Below, in pieces: positions 1 to 9,748 of a stretch of 64,000 nucleotides of DNA. The stretch comes from Myxococcales bacterium (lineage in GTDB: Bacteria > Myxococcota_A > Polyangia > Polyangiales > DASUME01). Position 1 is the first letter of the stretch, and the number at the start of each line of letters is the position of its first letter. The stretch covers positions 5,312,001-5,376,000 of the forward strand of contig JASGJH010000001.1 in the NCBI GenBank assembly GCA_047601445.1, read 5' to 3'. A model generated the notes under the pieces. It did no database searches, was not told the DNA's origin, and was given only the letters and a program-made list of their open reading frames with translations. The position numbers and the translations under genes are program-made.

Positions 1-15
1 GGAGCTCGAAACGGG

Positions 16-2235
16 GTGAAAGATCGCATGAACTTGAAGAAAATGTCGAAGGGCCTCGCGGCCGGTTTGTTGGCGTGGTGTGGTTTGGGCGCAGCAGCAG
101 ATGCCCAGGATCCGTTCTCCATCGTCCTGATTCCGGATCCTCAGAACTACAGCGAGAAGTCGTCGTATGGCACCTACGGCCATCAGACCCAGTGGATGGT
201 GGACAACCGCAGCGCACGCAACATCCAGTTCGTGGTGCACCTCGGTGACATCACCAACCACGACGTTGCGGCCGAATACACCGTGGCCAGCGCCGCGCAC
301 ACCATCCTCGACAACGCTGGCATGCCGTACAGCATGACCAACGGCAACCACGAACTCTTCCCGAGTGCGGATGCCTACAAGCGCGACTCGCTCTACAAGA
401 ACTACTTCGGCTCGAATCGCTATACCGGCAAGTCGTTCTACGGCGGCTCGTACAACCAGGACAACGAGACCAACTTCACGCTTTTCGAGGTTGGCGCGCT
501 CAAGTTCATGGTGGTGAGCCTCGAGTTCGCCCCGCGCAAGGACATGGTGAGCTGGGCCAACTCGGTGATCCAGGCCCACCCCGATCGCCGCGTGATCGTG
601 GCCACCCACTGCTACCTCAACAACGACGGTGAGTACGCGCCGGACTGCGCCGACCACTACAACCTCGAAGGCCGCGAGCCGGTGGACCTGTGGGAGGAGC
701 TAGTCTCCCGTCACAGCAACATCTTCCTAGCGGTCAGCGGCCACATCCAGGGCGTGGCTTACCGCCAGCGCACGGGCAACAATGGCAACATCGTGCACGA
801 GGTCCTGAACGACTTCCAGGACGAGCCCGTGAAGGGCACCGGCGGCACCGCGCTGGGCAACGGCTGGCTCCGTGTGCTCACCTTCAACCCTGCGCAGAAC
901 TCGATCGGCTTCGAGTCGCTGACGGTGGAGAACGGAAACTTCGCCATCTTCAACAACGGCACCGCGCAGTTCTACCTGCCTTACAACCAGGTCGCGAGCC
1001 CCACGCCCACCAAGCACAATCTGCATAGCTACAGCGTCTCGTACAACATGCAGACGCCGCCGACGTACGCGTACAAGATCAACGACTACCTGTTCCACGA
1101 CCGCATGGCGGGCACCGCCCTCACCGGCGTCAAGGTCGACCCGCGCATCGCGGCGGCCCCCAACGGCGACTTCGTCACGGTGTGGCGCGACGACAGCGAC
1201 GGCAACGGCGCGGGCCAGATCCACGCGCGCGGATTCGACAAGGACGGCAACCCGCGCTTCGGCGAGATCACGGTCAATAGCGTGGCTGGCGGCGAGCAGC
1301 GTAAACCCGACGTGGCCATGGACGACAACGGCAACTTCGTAGTGGTGTGGGAAGACGACCAGGACGGCAATGGCTCCTATCAAATCCTGGCGCGCGGCTT
1401 CAACGCCAACGGTACCCAGAAGTTTGCTGACAAGACCGTGAACACGGTGGACGACGGGCAGCAGTACGAGCCCGCCATCGGCATGGACTCCGCCGGCAAC
1501 TTCGTGGTGGCCTGGGAAGACGACCAGGATGCCAACGGCTCCTTCCAGATCTTGGCGCGCGGCTTCACCGCCACGGGCGCCCAGCGCTTCGCGGATTTCA
1601 CCGTGAACACGGTGGCCGCAGGCCAGCAGTTCAACCCCGCCGTGGCCCTGGATAACAGCGGCGACTTCGTGGTGGGCTGGGAAGACGACCAGGACAACAA
1701 CAACTTGTTCCAGATCTTCGCGCGCGGCTTCACCGCCACGGGCGCCCAGCGCTTCGCTCAGCTCCAGGTCAACACCAACGCAGGTGGCAACCACGCCAAG
1801 CCCCAGGTCGCCATGGACGCCAACGGCGCCTTCGCGGTGGTGTGGGAAGACGACCAGGACAACAACGGCTACTACCAGATCTACGCGCGCGGCTTCACGC
1901 TCACGGGCACGCAGCGCTTCGGTGTGACCACGGTGAACTCGGTAGGCGGCGGCCAGCAGTACGCTCCCACGATCGCCATGAAGAGCACCGGCGACTTCGT
2001 GGTGGGCTGGGAAGACGACCAGGACGACAATGGCGCCTTCCAGATCCTAGGCCGCGGCTTCACCTCCGCCGGCGCCCAGAAGAAGGCCGACTTCACGGTC
2101 AACTCCGACTCGAGCGGCCAGCAGTACGTGCCGGCGGCGGCAATCGACGAGCAGAGTCGCTTCGTGATGGCGTGGCAGGATGACATGGATGGCGACGGCA
2201 ATCCGATCATCCTGGTGCGCAATCTCGGCTTCTGA
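16..2235 (+). CDS. Secreted calcineurin-like metallophosphoesterase with C-terminal Asp-rich tandem repeats (probable beta-propeller)
   Basis: Signal peptide; motifs IPDPQ, HLGDI, GNHE, VATH, VSGH; about 7 repeats of ~55 aa (FVVxWEDDQDxNGxxQIxARGF). Start GTG 16 or ATG 28. Confidence 0.85.
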   Translation: MKDRMNLKKMSKGLAAGLLAWCGLGAAADAQDPFSIVLIPDPQNYSEKSSYGTYGHQTQWMVDNRSARNIQFVVHLGDITNHDVAAEYTVASAAHTILDNAGMPYSMTNGNHELFPSADAYKRDSLYKNYFGSNRYTGKSFYGGSYNQDNETNFTLFEVGALKFMVVSLEFAPRKDMVSWANSVIQAHPDRRVIVATHCYLNNDGEYAPDCADHYNLEGREPVDLWEELVSRHSNIFLAVSGHIQGVAYRQRTGNNGNIVHEVLNDFQDEPVKGTGGTALGNGWLRVLTFNPAQNSIGFESLTVENGNFAIFNNGTAQFYLPYNQVASPTPTKHNLHSYSVSYNMQTPPTYAYKINDYLFHDRMAGTALTGVKVDPRIAAAPNGDFVTVWRDDSDGNGAGQIHARGFDKDGNPRFGEITVNSVAGGEQRKPDVAMDDNGNFVVVWEDDQDGNGSYQILARGFNANGTQKFADKTVNTVDDGQQYEPAIGMDSAGNFVVAWEDDQDANGSFQILARGFTATGAQRFADFTVNTVAAGQQFNPAVALDNSGDFVVGWEDDQDNNNLFQIFARGFTATGAQRFAQLQVNTNAGGNHAKPQVAMDANGAFAVVWEDDQDNNGYYQIYARGFTLTGTQRFGVTTVNSVGGGQQYAPTIAMKSTGDFVVGWEDDQDDNGAFQILGRGFTSAGAQKKADFTVNSDSSGQQYVPAAAIDEQSRFVMAWQDDMDGDGNPIILVRNLGF

Positions 2236-2283
2236 GCATCCTCTCAACCTTCTTCCACAACTCGCTCCCTTCGCCCTCGTGTG

Positions 2284-2433
2284 CGCTCCCTGGTTTGGGC
2301 CGGCGCTGCGGGGGCGCAGTGACGTCGGGGCTACGAGAACGCGCATTGTCGGGACGCTTGTTCGACAAAGCGCGTGCTCTCTCCGCCCCAACGTCACTGC
2401 GCCTCCTCGCGCAGACCTCAGTTCGCGGGAGCG
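2284..2433. repeat. Long imperfect palindrome between convergent genes; left part recurs at 44861-44894
   Basis: 2313-2331 vs 2385-2403 is an 18/19 inverted match; inner TTGTCG/CGACAA; outer CGCTCCC/GGGAGCG. Confidence 0.8.
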
Positions 2434-2619
2434 AACCGCTCTCGGGTCATTCGCGGCCGCAGCCAGCGCGCCAAGAATGGCGTATCGATGAAGCACAGGA
2501 AGCCTGTCGTCGAACTCCTCGCAGTTGCCGCAGCCGATCCAAACAGAGATAGCGAAGCCACGGATGGGTATCTCCATGCCCCAGTTCTTCCGCGTAGGGC
2601 TCGCCGAAAGCAGCCCCAG

Positions 2620-2898
2620 CTAGGCCGCCCACCCGGTTCGCTCGGGATACTCGCCTGCGCGCTAGTGACGTCTCAGCTTGTTCGCGACTCGTCCGAACAA
2701 CGTTCCATCGAGGTCGTCGGCGCAGGGCTGGAGTAGCTGCACATCCCCCGAAGCCTTCACGATGCGTGCACGGCCCTGGGCTCCGGTCGCGTTGCGGAAT
2801 ACGATGCCGCCGAAGCCCACGGGGACCATGAACTCGTATTCGGCTGAGTCTGGGGAGTCCGAGATTCGACGGATCACGATTTCCAAACCCAGGCTCAT
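2620..2898 (-). pseudogene. Small hypothetical gene with a probable premature TAG
   Basis: ATG overlaps the upstream gene's TGA (ATGA). Reads ...KLRRH*RAGEYPERTGWAA*, with TAG at 2662-2664 and a second TAG at 2620-2622. Confidence 0.5.
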
Positions 2899-3746
2899 GG
2901 CTTTGCCTCGACGGCGACGCCGCCGTCGCTGGCTTCGGTGGCAGTGGTGCCGGGGCTCGTCGTAGTGTCCGTGGAAACCGCGCTAGCAGGCGGGACGGGT
3001 GACGTGCTCGCGGCCCACGCCAGCTCCTCCTTCCACGCCGTCATGAACTGCCTGACGCGTGCAAGCTGTTCGGGCGATAGGCTCCAACGCTCCGCACCGA
3101 GGCGCAGCGCCAGCTCGTTGGCTCCCGCGAGGGCCATCGCGGCGTCGCGCTCCACGTAGGTGCTCATGCGACGCAAGCCGGGCCTCGCCTCCGTGGCCAC
3201 CGCTTCGGTGCTCGGTACGCGAGCACCATCTGCCATCAGCCCAAGGGGCCCTTCGCTGGCCTTCGACTCGCGCCATGTGAAGGCGACCTGCATCGCCGGC
3301 CGCCCCGTGGGCATCGCGAACAGGGCGAGTGTCTCATCCAGCCCGAACACGAGGTGCAGAGTCAGGACGACCTGCCCCTTGTCATTCTTGCGCCGCACGA
3401 GTTGCTCACTCTTGCCGCTCGCGGCGACGAGCACGGCCGCTGGAGTATCCTGCTCCTCGACCGCGCAGCTCCATGTACGCGCGCTGGCGACCCTCACCCG
3501 CTTGCACAGGTACACCTGCCGCCCTGCGCAGCCTTCGAGCAAGAAGCGATGCTGACCTAGTTTGCTGAAGCGCGTGGTGCCCCACTTCGGGCAATTGTAG
3601 GCCTTCGCGTACTGCGCTCGCAGCTTGTTCTCGGTACTACAACCGGTACCGCAGAGGATGAGGAGCAGGATGGTGAGGCAAGAGGACCAAGAGAACCGCC
3701 GAGAATACACGACGCGAACGATAACTCCTTGCCTGCCCGCTGCCAA
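2895..3746 (-). CDS. Hypothetical lipoprotein
   Basis: Hydrophobic stretch followed by the lipobox-like GTGC; start uncertain. Confidence 0.65.
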   Translation of the reverse strand: MAAGRQGVIVRVVYSRRFSWSSCLTILLLILCGTGCSTENKLRAQYAKAYNCPKWGTTRFSKLGQHRFLLEGCAGRQVYLCKRVRVASARTWSCAVEEQDTPAAVLVAASGKSEQLVRRKNDKGQVVLTLHLVFGLDETLALFAMPTGRPAMQVAFTWRESKASEGPLGLMADGARVPSTEAVATEARPGLRRMSTYVERDAAMALAGANELALRLGAERWSLSPEQLARVRQFMTAWKEELAWAASTSPVPPASAVSTDTTTSPGTTATEASDGGVAVEAKP

Positions 3747-3819
3747 AGCTCCGAGGCGGGGTTAAGGCTCTCCTGCTCGCCGTCACCCTCAGTCCGCGCA
3801 GAAAGCAGCTCGTCTGTCC

Positions 3820-4060
3820 CTACTCGATCACGACATCGAGTCCGCGATGGTTCTCGACCCAACGCGGCGACTTCCGCGGTCTCGTCGTCGGTCGCCAAGC
3901 CCACGCAGCCGTCCGAAGTATCGAAGGCGTTCACCAAACGGCCCAACCAGACACGCTCCGGTGCGGACCGTGAATGCCAACGCCCCCGCCCGTGTACCCC
4001 TGCGTCCTCTGCGCTGGCGTCGGATAGGCAATGGGGATGAATAGACCAAACTTCTTAGCG
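3820..4060 (-). pseudogene. L,D-transpeptidase (YkuD-like) C-terminal fragment, two frameshifts, 5'-truncated
   Basis: Hand translation: FGLFIPIAYPTPAQRTQGYTGGGVGIHGPHRSV / WLGRLVNAFDTSDGCVGLATDDETAEVAA / WVENHRGLDVVIE*; retains the IHG...SDGCV catalytic motif. Confidence 0.8.
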
Positions 4061-4122
4061 CGCTCGGGTCGTCAGGGTCGGCACGCAACATGCACATCGT
4101 GGATATGGAGGCTGCAATTCGT

Positions 4123-4875
4123 ATGGATCTCGTCGCTTTCACCCCTCGATTGCGCCATGCACGACGCACCCGTTGGCACGTCTTGGCACTGGCGATGTCA
4201 TGGAGTGTTGGATGCTCTGACGCCGACCCGTCCCTGGATCACGGTTCCGCGGTACCGAGCCCGGAGGGCCCCGGCTCGGATGGCCAAGTCTCCCACGCGT
4301 CGAAGGCACTCGACGCAAGTGCAGCCAACGCCGACGCTGGGACGGAAGAGCCCATTGTCGAACCCGTGTCGGAAGCGGACTACTACGTGCGCAACCAGAC
4401 TGCTGCTGCGGTCTCGCTGGCGGCCACTGACCTGTCGGGTGGGCCAGTGCAGCTCCTCCAGGATCGCCTCGCGCCAGGGGAAGAAGCACGCATCTACCAC
4501 GCGCTGGAAGGAACCGGCGGACACGTGATGCCCTCCAACTTCTTCGAGAACTTCACGGTCACGTCGGGGACCGATGTTACGTACAGCGGCGTCCGCAACG
4601 AGGACTGGAAGGCCAGCGACGGTCGCTACACGTTGAAGCTCAAGGAGCGCGAGGACTATTCGTGCACCGAAGACGAGGACTGCACCATCAAGGACGTGGG
4701 CAACTGCTGCGGCTACTACCCACGCTGCGTCAACGTGGACAGCCCTACACCGGGTCCCGAATGCGTTGGCGACGACGGTGAGAGTCTCGGTGGTGTGTGC
4801 GGGTGGCCCGACATCACGCACTGCTCTTGTGTGCAAAACACCTGTCGCAGCATGCAGGGCGACCAAGAAGTCTAA
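4123..4875 (+). CDS. Lipoprotein with Cys-rich C-terminal domain
   Basis: GGAGG upstream of ATG 4123; SVGC lipobox-like motif; C-terminal CTEDEDC..GNCCGYYPRC..C. Confidence 0.7.
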   Translation: MDLVAFTPRLRHARRTRWHVLALAMSWSVGCSDADPSLDHGSAVPSPEGPGSDGQVSHASKALDASAANADAGTEEPIVEPVSEADYYVRNQTAAAVSLAATDLSGGPVQLLQDRLAPGEEARIYHALEGTGGHVMPSNFFENFTVTSGTDVTYSGVRNEDWKASDGRYTLKLKEREDYSCTEDEDCTIKDVGNCCGYYPRCVNVDSPTPGPECVGDDGESLGGVCGWPDITHCSCVQNTCRSMQGDQEV

Positions 4876-4894
4876 GCGTCGGACTCGGCGTCCG

Positions 4895-6085
4895 TCACTT
4901 GCCTCGACTCTTCTCCCAGGCCCTGACCTTGCTCCGCGCGGCGTCGAAGAGGCGCGCGTGGTTTCCTTGCCGGACCTTCTCGCTGGCCTCTGGGGTGAGC
5001 GCCTTCCAGAGTGGATGATAGAGCTCGAAGACCTTGAGATAGGCGGACTGCTCGGAGGGCGCCACCTCGTCGCTTCCGTAGAGAAAGCGGTCGGGGTAAC
5101 GGTTGATGAGATCGGCCGTCTTGGCCAGGGCCGCCGGACTGTCGATGATGTATTTGGCCACTTCGTCCCACGAGAGATCGAAGTGCACGTGCGTAAAGGC
5201 GGGATCTCGGAGCGTGCTCTCGAGGGCTGCCAGGTGATTCTCGATCGGTCGCACCACGCGTCCGACTCCGGTATGCGCCCAGATGATCGTGGTCTCGGGA
5301 TGTCTGCTCAGGAGCTCTCGCATCTGACCGAGGTAGGCCGGCTCGGTACCCGGCTTGGGAAACGGCACGTCGATGTCCGAATGGATCAGCGCGATGAGTC
5401 CCACTTCGCCCGCGAAGTCGAGCACGCGATCGAGCGCGGGATCCGTGAGACTCGCGACGGGACCGCAGACCTTCGACGAGACGAATTCCTTGTGAATGGT
5501 GAACTCGCCGATCCCACTAAAGACCCCCGGGAAAGTGGTAAGCACGCGACGAATGTGATCTGCGGCGTACATGTCCGCGGGGTCGAAGCCCGTGATCATG
5601 GGATCGAAGCGCTGCTGGTCCGCGGGCGAGAGCGAGCGATAGGCCATCGCGATGACGGCGTCCGTGAAGCTGTAATAGTAGAGCGGGTCGTCGGTCTGTA
5701 GATAGTACGTCGGCGCGTGATCGCCTGTGTTGCGGTAGGACCAGAGCTGCTGCAGCGGGATCCCGAAGAGCGCGGCGCGCCCCACTCGGTCGCCCATGAT
5801 CTGGAGGAACTTGGTGATCGGAGTTCCCTCCTGGATGTAGTTTGTGAGGTGCACGTGCGTGTCGCTGACCTCGTATTTTTGATCGTGAGTGCGCTTGGAA
5901 GCCGGCTGGGACGTAGCGGTGGCCGTGCGTGGCTTCGCTTGTCCCCGTGCCGCCGTTGGCGAACAGGCTGCCAGCGCGGTCGATAGCAGCACACCGAGCA
6001 CGCTCGCGTGGAGAAGCCGGCGAGCATGAAGAGGGCGTTCCCAAACGAGGATTCGCCCGGCCACACGGATGGCGTGATCGCTCAT
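4895..6085 (-). CDS. Amidohydrolase-family (TIM-barrel) protein, probably a lipoprotein
   Basis: DTHVH metal motif, GIGEF, LIHSD, IWAHTG, FLYGSD; LAAC lipobox. Confidence 0.85.
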   Translation of the reverse strand: MSDHAIRVAGRILVWERPLHARRLLHASVLGVLLSTALAACSPTAARGQAKPRTATATSQPASKRTHDQKYEVSDTHVHLTNYIQEGTPITKFLQIMGDRVGRAALFGIPLQQLWSYRNTGDHAPTYYLQTDDPLYYYSFTDAVIAMAYRSLSPADQQRFDPMITGFDPADMYAADHIRRVLTTFPGVFSGIGEFTIHKEFVSSKVCGPVASLTDPALDRVLDFAGEVGLIALIHSDIDVPFPKPGTEPAYLGQMRELLSRHPETTIIWAHTGVGRVVRPIENHLAALESTLRDPAFTHVHFDLSWDEVAKYIIDSPAALAKTADLINRYPDRFLYGSDEVAPSEQSAYLKVFELYHPLWKALTPEASEKVRQGNHARLFDAARSKVRAWEKSRGK

Positions 6086-6370
6086 ACGCTAAACAAGCTA
6101 GGCGTCGCAGGACACGCGCACAAGCGCGGCGAGCACGCTGTTCAGCAAACGCAACGAACGGGCATCGCCTCATGCGGCATCGCGAGTCCTCAAACGGGAG
6201 CGCGGCCCTGCGAAGACCTGGCAAAATGCAGCAGCACAGCTTGACCCGAGCACGCACGCTTGCTCTCATCAACGAGGAGGGATGCGCATGCACGGCTTCG
6301 TGCGGCCACGACGCTTCATTCTCTACTCGCGCGTCCAGGCGCGCGCCTCGACCTCGACGAGATCATCCAA

Positions 6371-7903
6371 GTGACGCGGGTCATCCTCGCAATGCTGGTA
6401 GCGTGTGCCGTGTGGGCCGCGATGCCGGCGGTGCTGCGCGCGCAAAGCGTCGCCATGGTGCCGTGCAGCTCGGAGGGTGTGGAACGTCAGCATTGCCCGG
6501 CGGACACAGCGGCCGGAGTCACGCTGTCACGGGTGACGGGTGACGCCGCCTGTCTGCTCGGGAAAACGTGGGGCTACGACGACCAGGGCATCTGGGTGCT
6601 CGGAGGCTGCTCTGCAGAGTTCGTGGTGGCGGACAAGAGCGGCGGGAACGCCGGCGAAACGCAATCTTCGACGCTTGTCGTGCCTCCCGAAGACAAGTAC
6701 CAACCGGTGCAAACCTGGAGCCAGTTCGAACCTGGCAAGGGCTTTCTGATCGGGCGCACCAAGATCGGCGAAGTCTCGATCAGTGCCTACCTGCTGATCC
6801 GCTACATCAACCAACTGCCTCCAGATGAATCCTTTCGAGATCACCTGGGACGCACGCACGAAATCGACGCGCGCCACGACATCTACTCACACCGCGTGAT
6901 GGTGTTCCTCAAGGGCTGGCTAGGCATTCCCAAGTTCCGTTACCAAATCATTCTCTGGACCGTGAATACCACCGACCAGAAGGCGCTGTTCGGCAACCTC
7001 GGCTACCAGTTTCATCGAGCGTTCAGCTTGTACGCGGGCATGAATGCGCTGCCAGGGACCCGCTCGCTGCAAGGCTCGCATCCTTACTGGCTCGCTCCCG
7101 ACCGTGTGATGGCCGACGAGTACTTCCGCCCCTTCTTCACCAACGGCATCTGGGCCACCGGCGAGGTCATCGACGGACTCTGGTACAACGCCATGGTCGG
7201 CAACAACCTCAGCGCACTCGGGATCACGGCAAACCAGCTGACCCGTGATTTTGCGTACGCGGGTTCCATCTGGTGGATGCCCACAACCCACGAATTCGGT
7301 CCCCAGGGAGCGTACGGTGACTGGGAGCAGCACACCGCGGTGGCGACCCGCTTCGGCGTCTCTGGCACGCACAGTCGCGAGGACCGTTTCAGCGACCTCG
7401 CCACGGGCAATCCCGACAACACCACCGTGCGACTGGCGGATAGCTTGCTGCTGTTCGATCTCGGCGCATTGGCGCCCGACGTCACCGTGCAGCGAGCCAA
7501 TGTTTCTCTGCTCGCCGCGGACGCTGGCATGAAGTATCGCGGGTTGTTCCTGCAAGCGGAGTATTACAACCGCTGGCTGAACAAGTTCCAGGCGGATGGT
7601 GCTCTGCCAGTGAAGCTGATCCATGACACGGGGTTCTACGTTCAGGCGGCCTTCTATCCATGGGCCAAACGGATCGAGCTGTACACGGCCACGTCGCAGA
7701 TCTTCGGCGACAAGCAGGCCGGCTACGGTCATAGCGAAGAGTACCTGGGTGGCCTCAACTTGTACTTCGGAAACACCCGCAATCTGCGCCTCAATCTGCA
7801 AGGAATCTACGTGAACCGCTCGCCCGTCAGCAGCACCTTCGGCTACTACGTCGGCGGTCTCGACGGCGCGGTGCTCTCGGCCGCCGTCTCTGCATTTTTC
7901 TGA
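6371..7903 (+). CDS. DUF3011-like N-terminal domain plus outer-membrane beta-barrel/porin
   Basis: Signal peptide; CSS..RQHC..C.LGKTWGYDDQGIWV.GGCSAEF; alternating beta-strand pattern; terminal Phe. Frame is open from 6260. Confidence 0.7.
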   Translation: MTRVILAMLVACAVWAAMPAVLRAQSVAMVPCSSEGVERQHCPADTAAGVTLSRVTGDAACLLGKTWGYDDQGIWVLGGCSAEFVVADKSGGNAGETQSSTLVVPPEDKYQPVQTWSQFEPGKGFLIGRTKIGEVSISAYLLIRYINQLPPDESFRDHLGRTHEIDARHDIYSHRVMVFLKGWLGIPKFRYQIILWTVNTTDQKALFGNLGYQFHRAFSLYAGMNALPGTRSLQGSHPYWLAPDRVMADEYFRPFFTNGIWATGEVIDGLWYNAMVGNNLSALGITANQLTRDFAYAGSIWWMPTTHEFGPQGAYGDWEQHTAVATRFGVSGTHSREDRFSDLATGNPDNTTVRLADSLLLFDLGALAPDVTVQRANVSLLAADAGMKYRGLFLQAEYYNRWLNKFQADGALPVKLIHDTGFYVQAAFYPWAKRIELYTATSQIFGDKQAGYGHSEEYLGGLNLYFGNTRNLRLNLQGIYVNRSPVSSTFGYYVGGLDGAVLSAAVSAFF

Positions 7904-7918
7904 GCGTGACGAGCGCGC

Positions 7919-9613
7919 CTAGGCGAGCCACGCAACGATCACGGTGCCCCAAAGTGCCAGCAGCACGTTCCCGACTGCGTAGGCAACGCCGTATCCGAGC
8001 GATGGTACTGGACTCTTCGCGACCTGAAGTACGTCGGCCAGTGCCGAAGTCGCCGTGGCTCCGCCGGCGCAGACGCCCAACACCAGACCGGGATGCAGCT
8101 TGAAGAGCCAACGACCGGCCAGCACGCCCACGACGAGGCTGATCGTGATGGTGAGGACGCCTGCGCCGACCAAACTCAAGCCGTTCGTCTGTAGGCCGCG
8201 GATGAAGTCAGGACCGGCATTCAATCCGACCACCGCCACGAAGCCGGTCAAGCCGATCGACTCGAACACGGACAGCGTCGGTGCTGGAATGCGCCCGAAC
8301 CAGGCGGGCCGCACCGAGCGAAGCCAACCGCACACCAATCCGCCCAGCAGCACGCCAACGGGCAGGCTCAAGCCGACCGATAGGCTGCCGAGGTTCACTG
8401 TGGGAAGGCCAACCAGAGCGCCCGCGACGATGGCCGTGGCGACCACCAGCATATCGGTGGAGTCCGTGGGCCGATCGGTGACCCCGATGATCGCGGCGGC
8501 GCGCGCCACGTCGGGCGCAGAGCCGACGAGCGTGAGCGAATCACCGCGCTCGATCTGGGTCTCGGGGAGCATGCCGAGCTGCTGACCGCCTCGCACGAGC
8601 CTGCGCAGATAGACGCCTCGCAGGGACTCCTCGCGACCGAGCTCAGCCAGCGTGCGCCCCTGCACATCAGGTTGAGTGACGATGACGTCGACGAGGTCAG
8701 CCGACAGACTCAAGAGTTCACGATCGTCTACCTCGCGCAGGCCCCGATATTTTTGCTCCAGCACCTCGACCATGGCGGAGCGTCGTCCGCTCACTGCCAC
8801 CACATCACCGGTGCGCAAGATGAGGCTCGGGTCGTAGGCAAGGATCAGCCCCTTGGCCCGAACGCTCTCGACAAAGATTCGGTCCTCTCCCGCGAACAAG
8901 TCGAGCGCACCGAGACGTTGGTCCACCCAGCTGGCCTCGGGATCCAGTGCATAGGCGCGCATCTCGAACTCGCGCCGAGCGTGCATCTTCGGCGTGCTCG
9001 ACCCCTGCATCTGCTCGTCGAGCTTGCGACACTCCTCGGCCAGGTCGATGCGCATCAGGACGGGTCCTACGCGCGCCAGGAGCCAGCCTGCGGACGTGAG
9101 GCCGATCAGATACGTGACCGCAAATGCCACGGGTACGCTGTTGGCCATGGCCGTGCGGTCCGCCGCGCCCACCGGAAGCTTGTTGATGGCGTCCATGGCC
9201 GTTCCGAGGGCCGCGGACTCGGTGAGCGCTCCAGCGAGCAGCCCCGCTCCGGTCCCGGAGTCGAAGCCAAACAGACGCGATAGGGCGAACGCGCTCAGCA
9301 AACCCATCACGGCGACCACCGCGGCGAGTCCCGCGTACGCCAAGCCATCGCGGCGCAGGCCGTGGAAGAACTGAGGGCCGGTGCGGAAGCCGATCGAGAA
9401 CAAAAAGAGCACGAAGAAGCACTCTTTGATCTCGGTGGGCAGCGCGATGCCCGTGAAATGCCCGACGCCCACGCCGGCGAGCAGCGTGCCCGTGACCGGA
9501 CCGAGCTTGAAGGAGCCCAGCGACAGTCTGCCGAGAAGATGACCGAGGCCCAGCACCAGGAAGAAGACGACCTCGAGGTGGGTGCGCAAGCCCTGCTCCA
9601 ACCAAGCAAGCAT
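7919..9613 (-). CDS. aspT: Aspartate:alanine antiporter family transporter (AspT/YidE)
   Basis: RBS GAGGAGG before ATG 9613; FFVLFLFSIGFRTGPQFF, two TrkA-C-like cytoplasmic domains, C-terminal YAVGNVLLALWGTVIV. Confidence 0.9.
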   Translation of the reverse strand: MLAWLEQGLRTHLEVVFFLVLGLGHLLGRLSLGSFKLGPVTGTLLAGVGVGHFTGIALPTEIKECFFVLFLFSIGFRTGPQFFHGLRRDGLAYAGLAAVVAVMGLLSAFALSRLFGFDSGTGAGLLAGALTESAALGTAMDAINKLPVGAADRTAMANSVPVAFAVTYLIGLTSAGWLLARVGPVLMRIDLAEECRKLDEQMQGSSTPKMHARREFEMRAYALDPEASWVDQRLGALDLFAGEDRIFVESVRAKGLILAYDPSLILRTGDVVAVSGRRSAMVEVLEQKYRGLREVDDRELLSLSADLVDVIVTQPDVQGRTLAELGREESLRGVYLRRLVRGGQQLGMLPETQIERGDSLTLVGSAPDVARAAAIIGVTDRPTDSTDMLVVATAIVAGALVGLPTVNLGSLSVGLSLPVGVLLGGLVCGWLRSVRPAWFGRIPAPTLSVFESIGLTGFVAVVGLNAGPDFIRGLQTNGLSLVGAGVLTITISLVVGVLAGRWLFKLHPGLVLGVCAGGATATSALADVLQVAKSPVPSLGYGVAYAVGNVLLALWGTVIVAWLA

Positions 9614-9748
9614 GATCCCTCCTCGGCACGCCTTCATGTCATGATGGAAGCTCATCGATTTCGAGCAAGTCGGTTCGCGCGCAAGCAACGACCTACATGC
9701 GATCCCCCACAGCCGCACGTCATCGCACCACCCGCAGCGCGAATCCCC

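Noticed and set aside
1140..2220. Periodic DNA repeats (tgggaagacgaccaggac) as a CRISPR array
   Set aside because: They are in-frame protein repeats with a ~165-nt period and homologous intervals; no cas genes are present.
4174..4190. TGGCACGTCTTGGCAC as a sigma54 promoter
   Set aside because: GG-GC spacing is one base short and the site lies inside a CDS.
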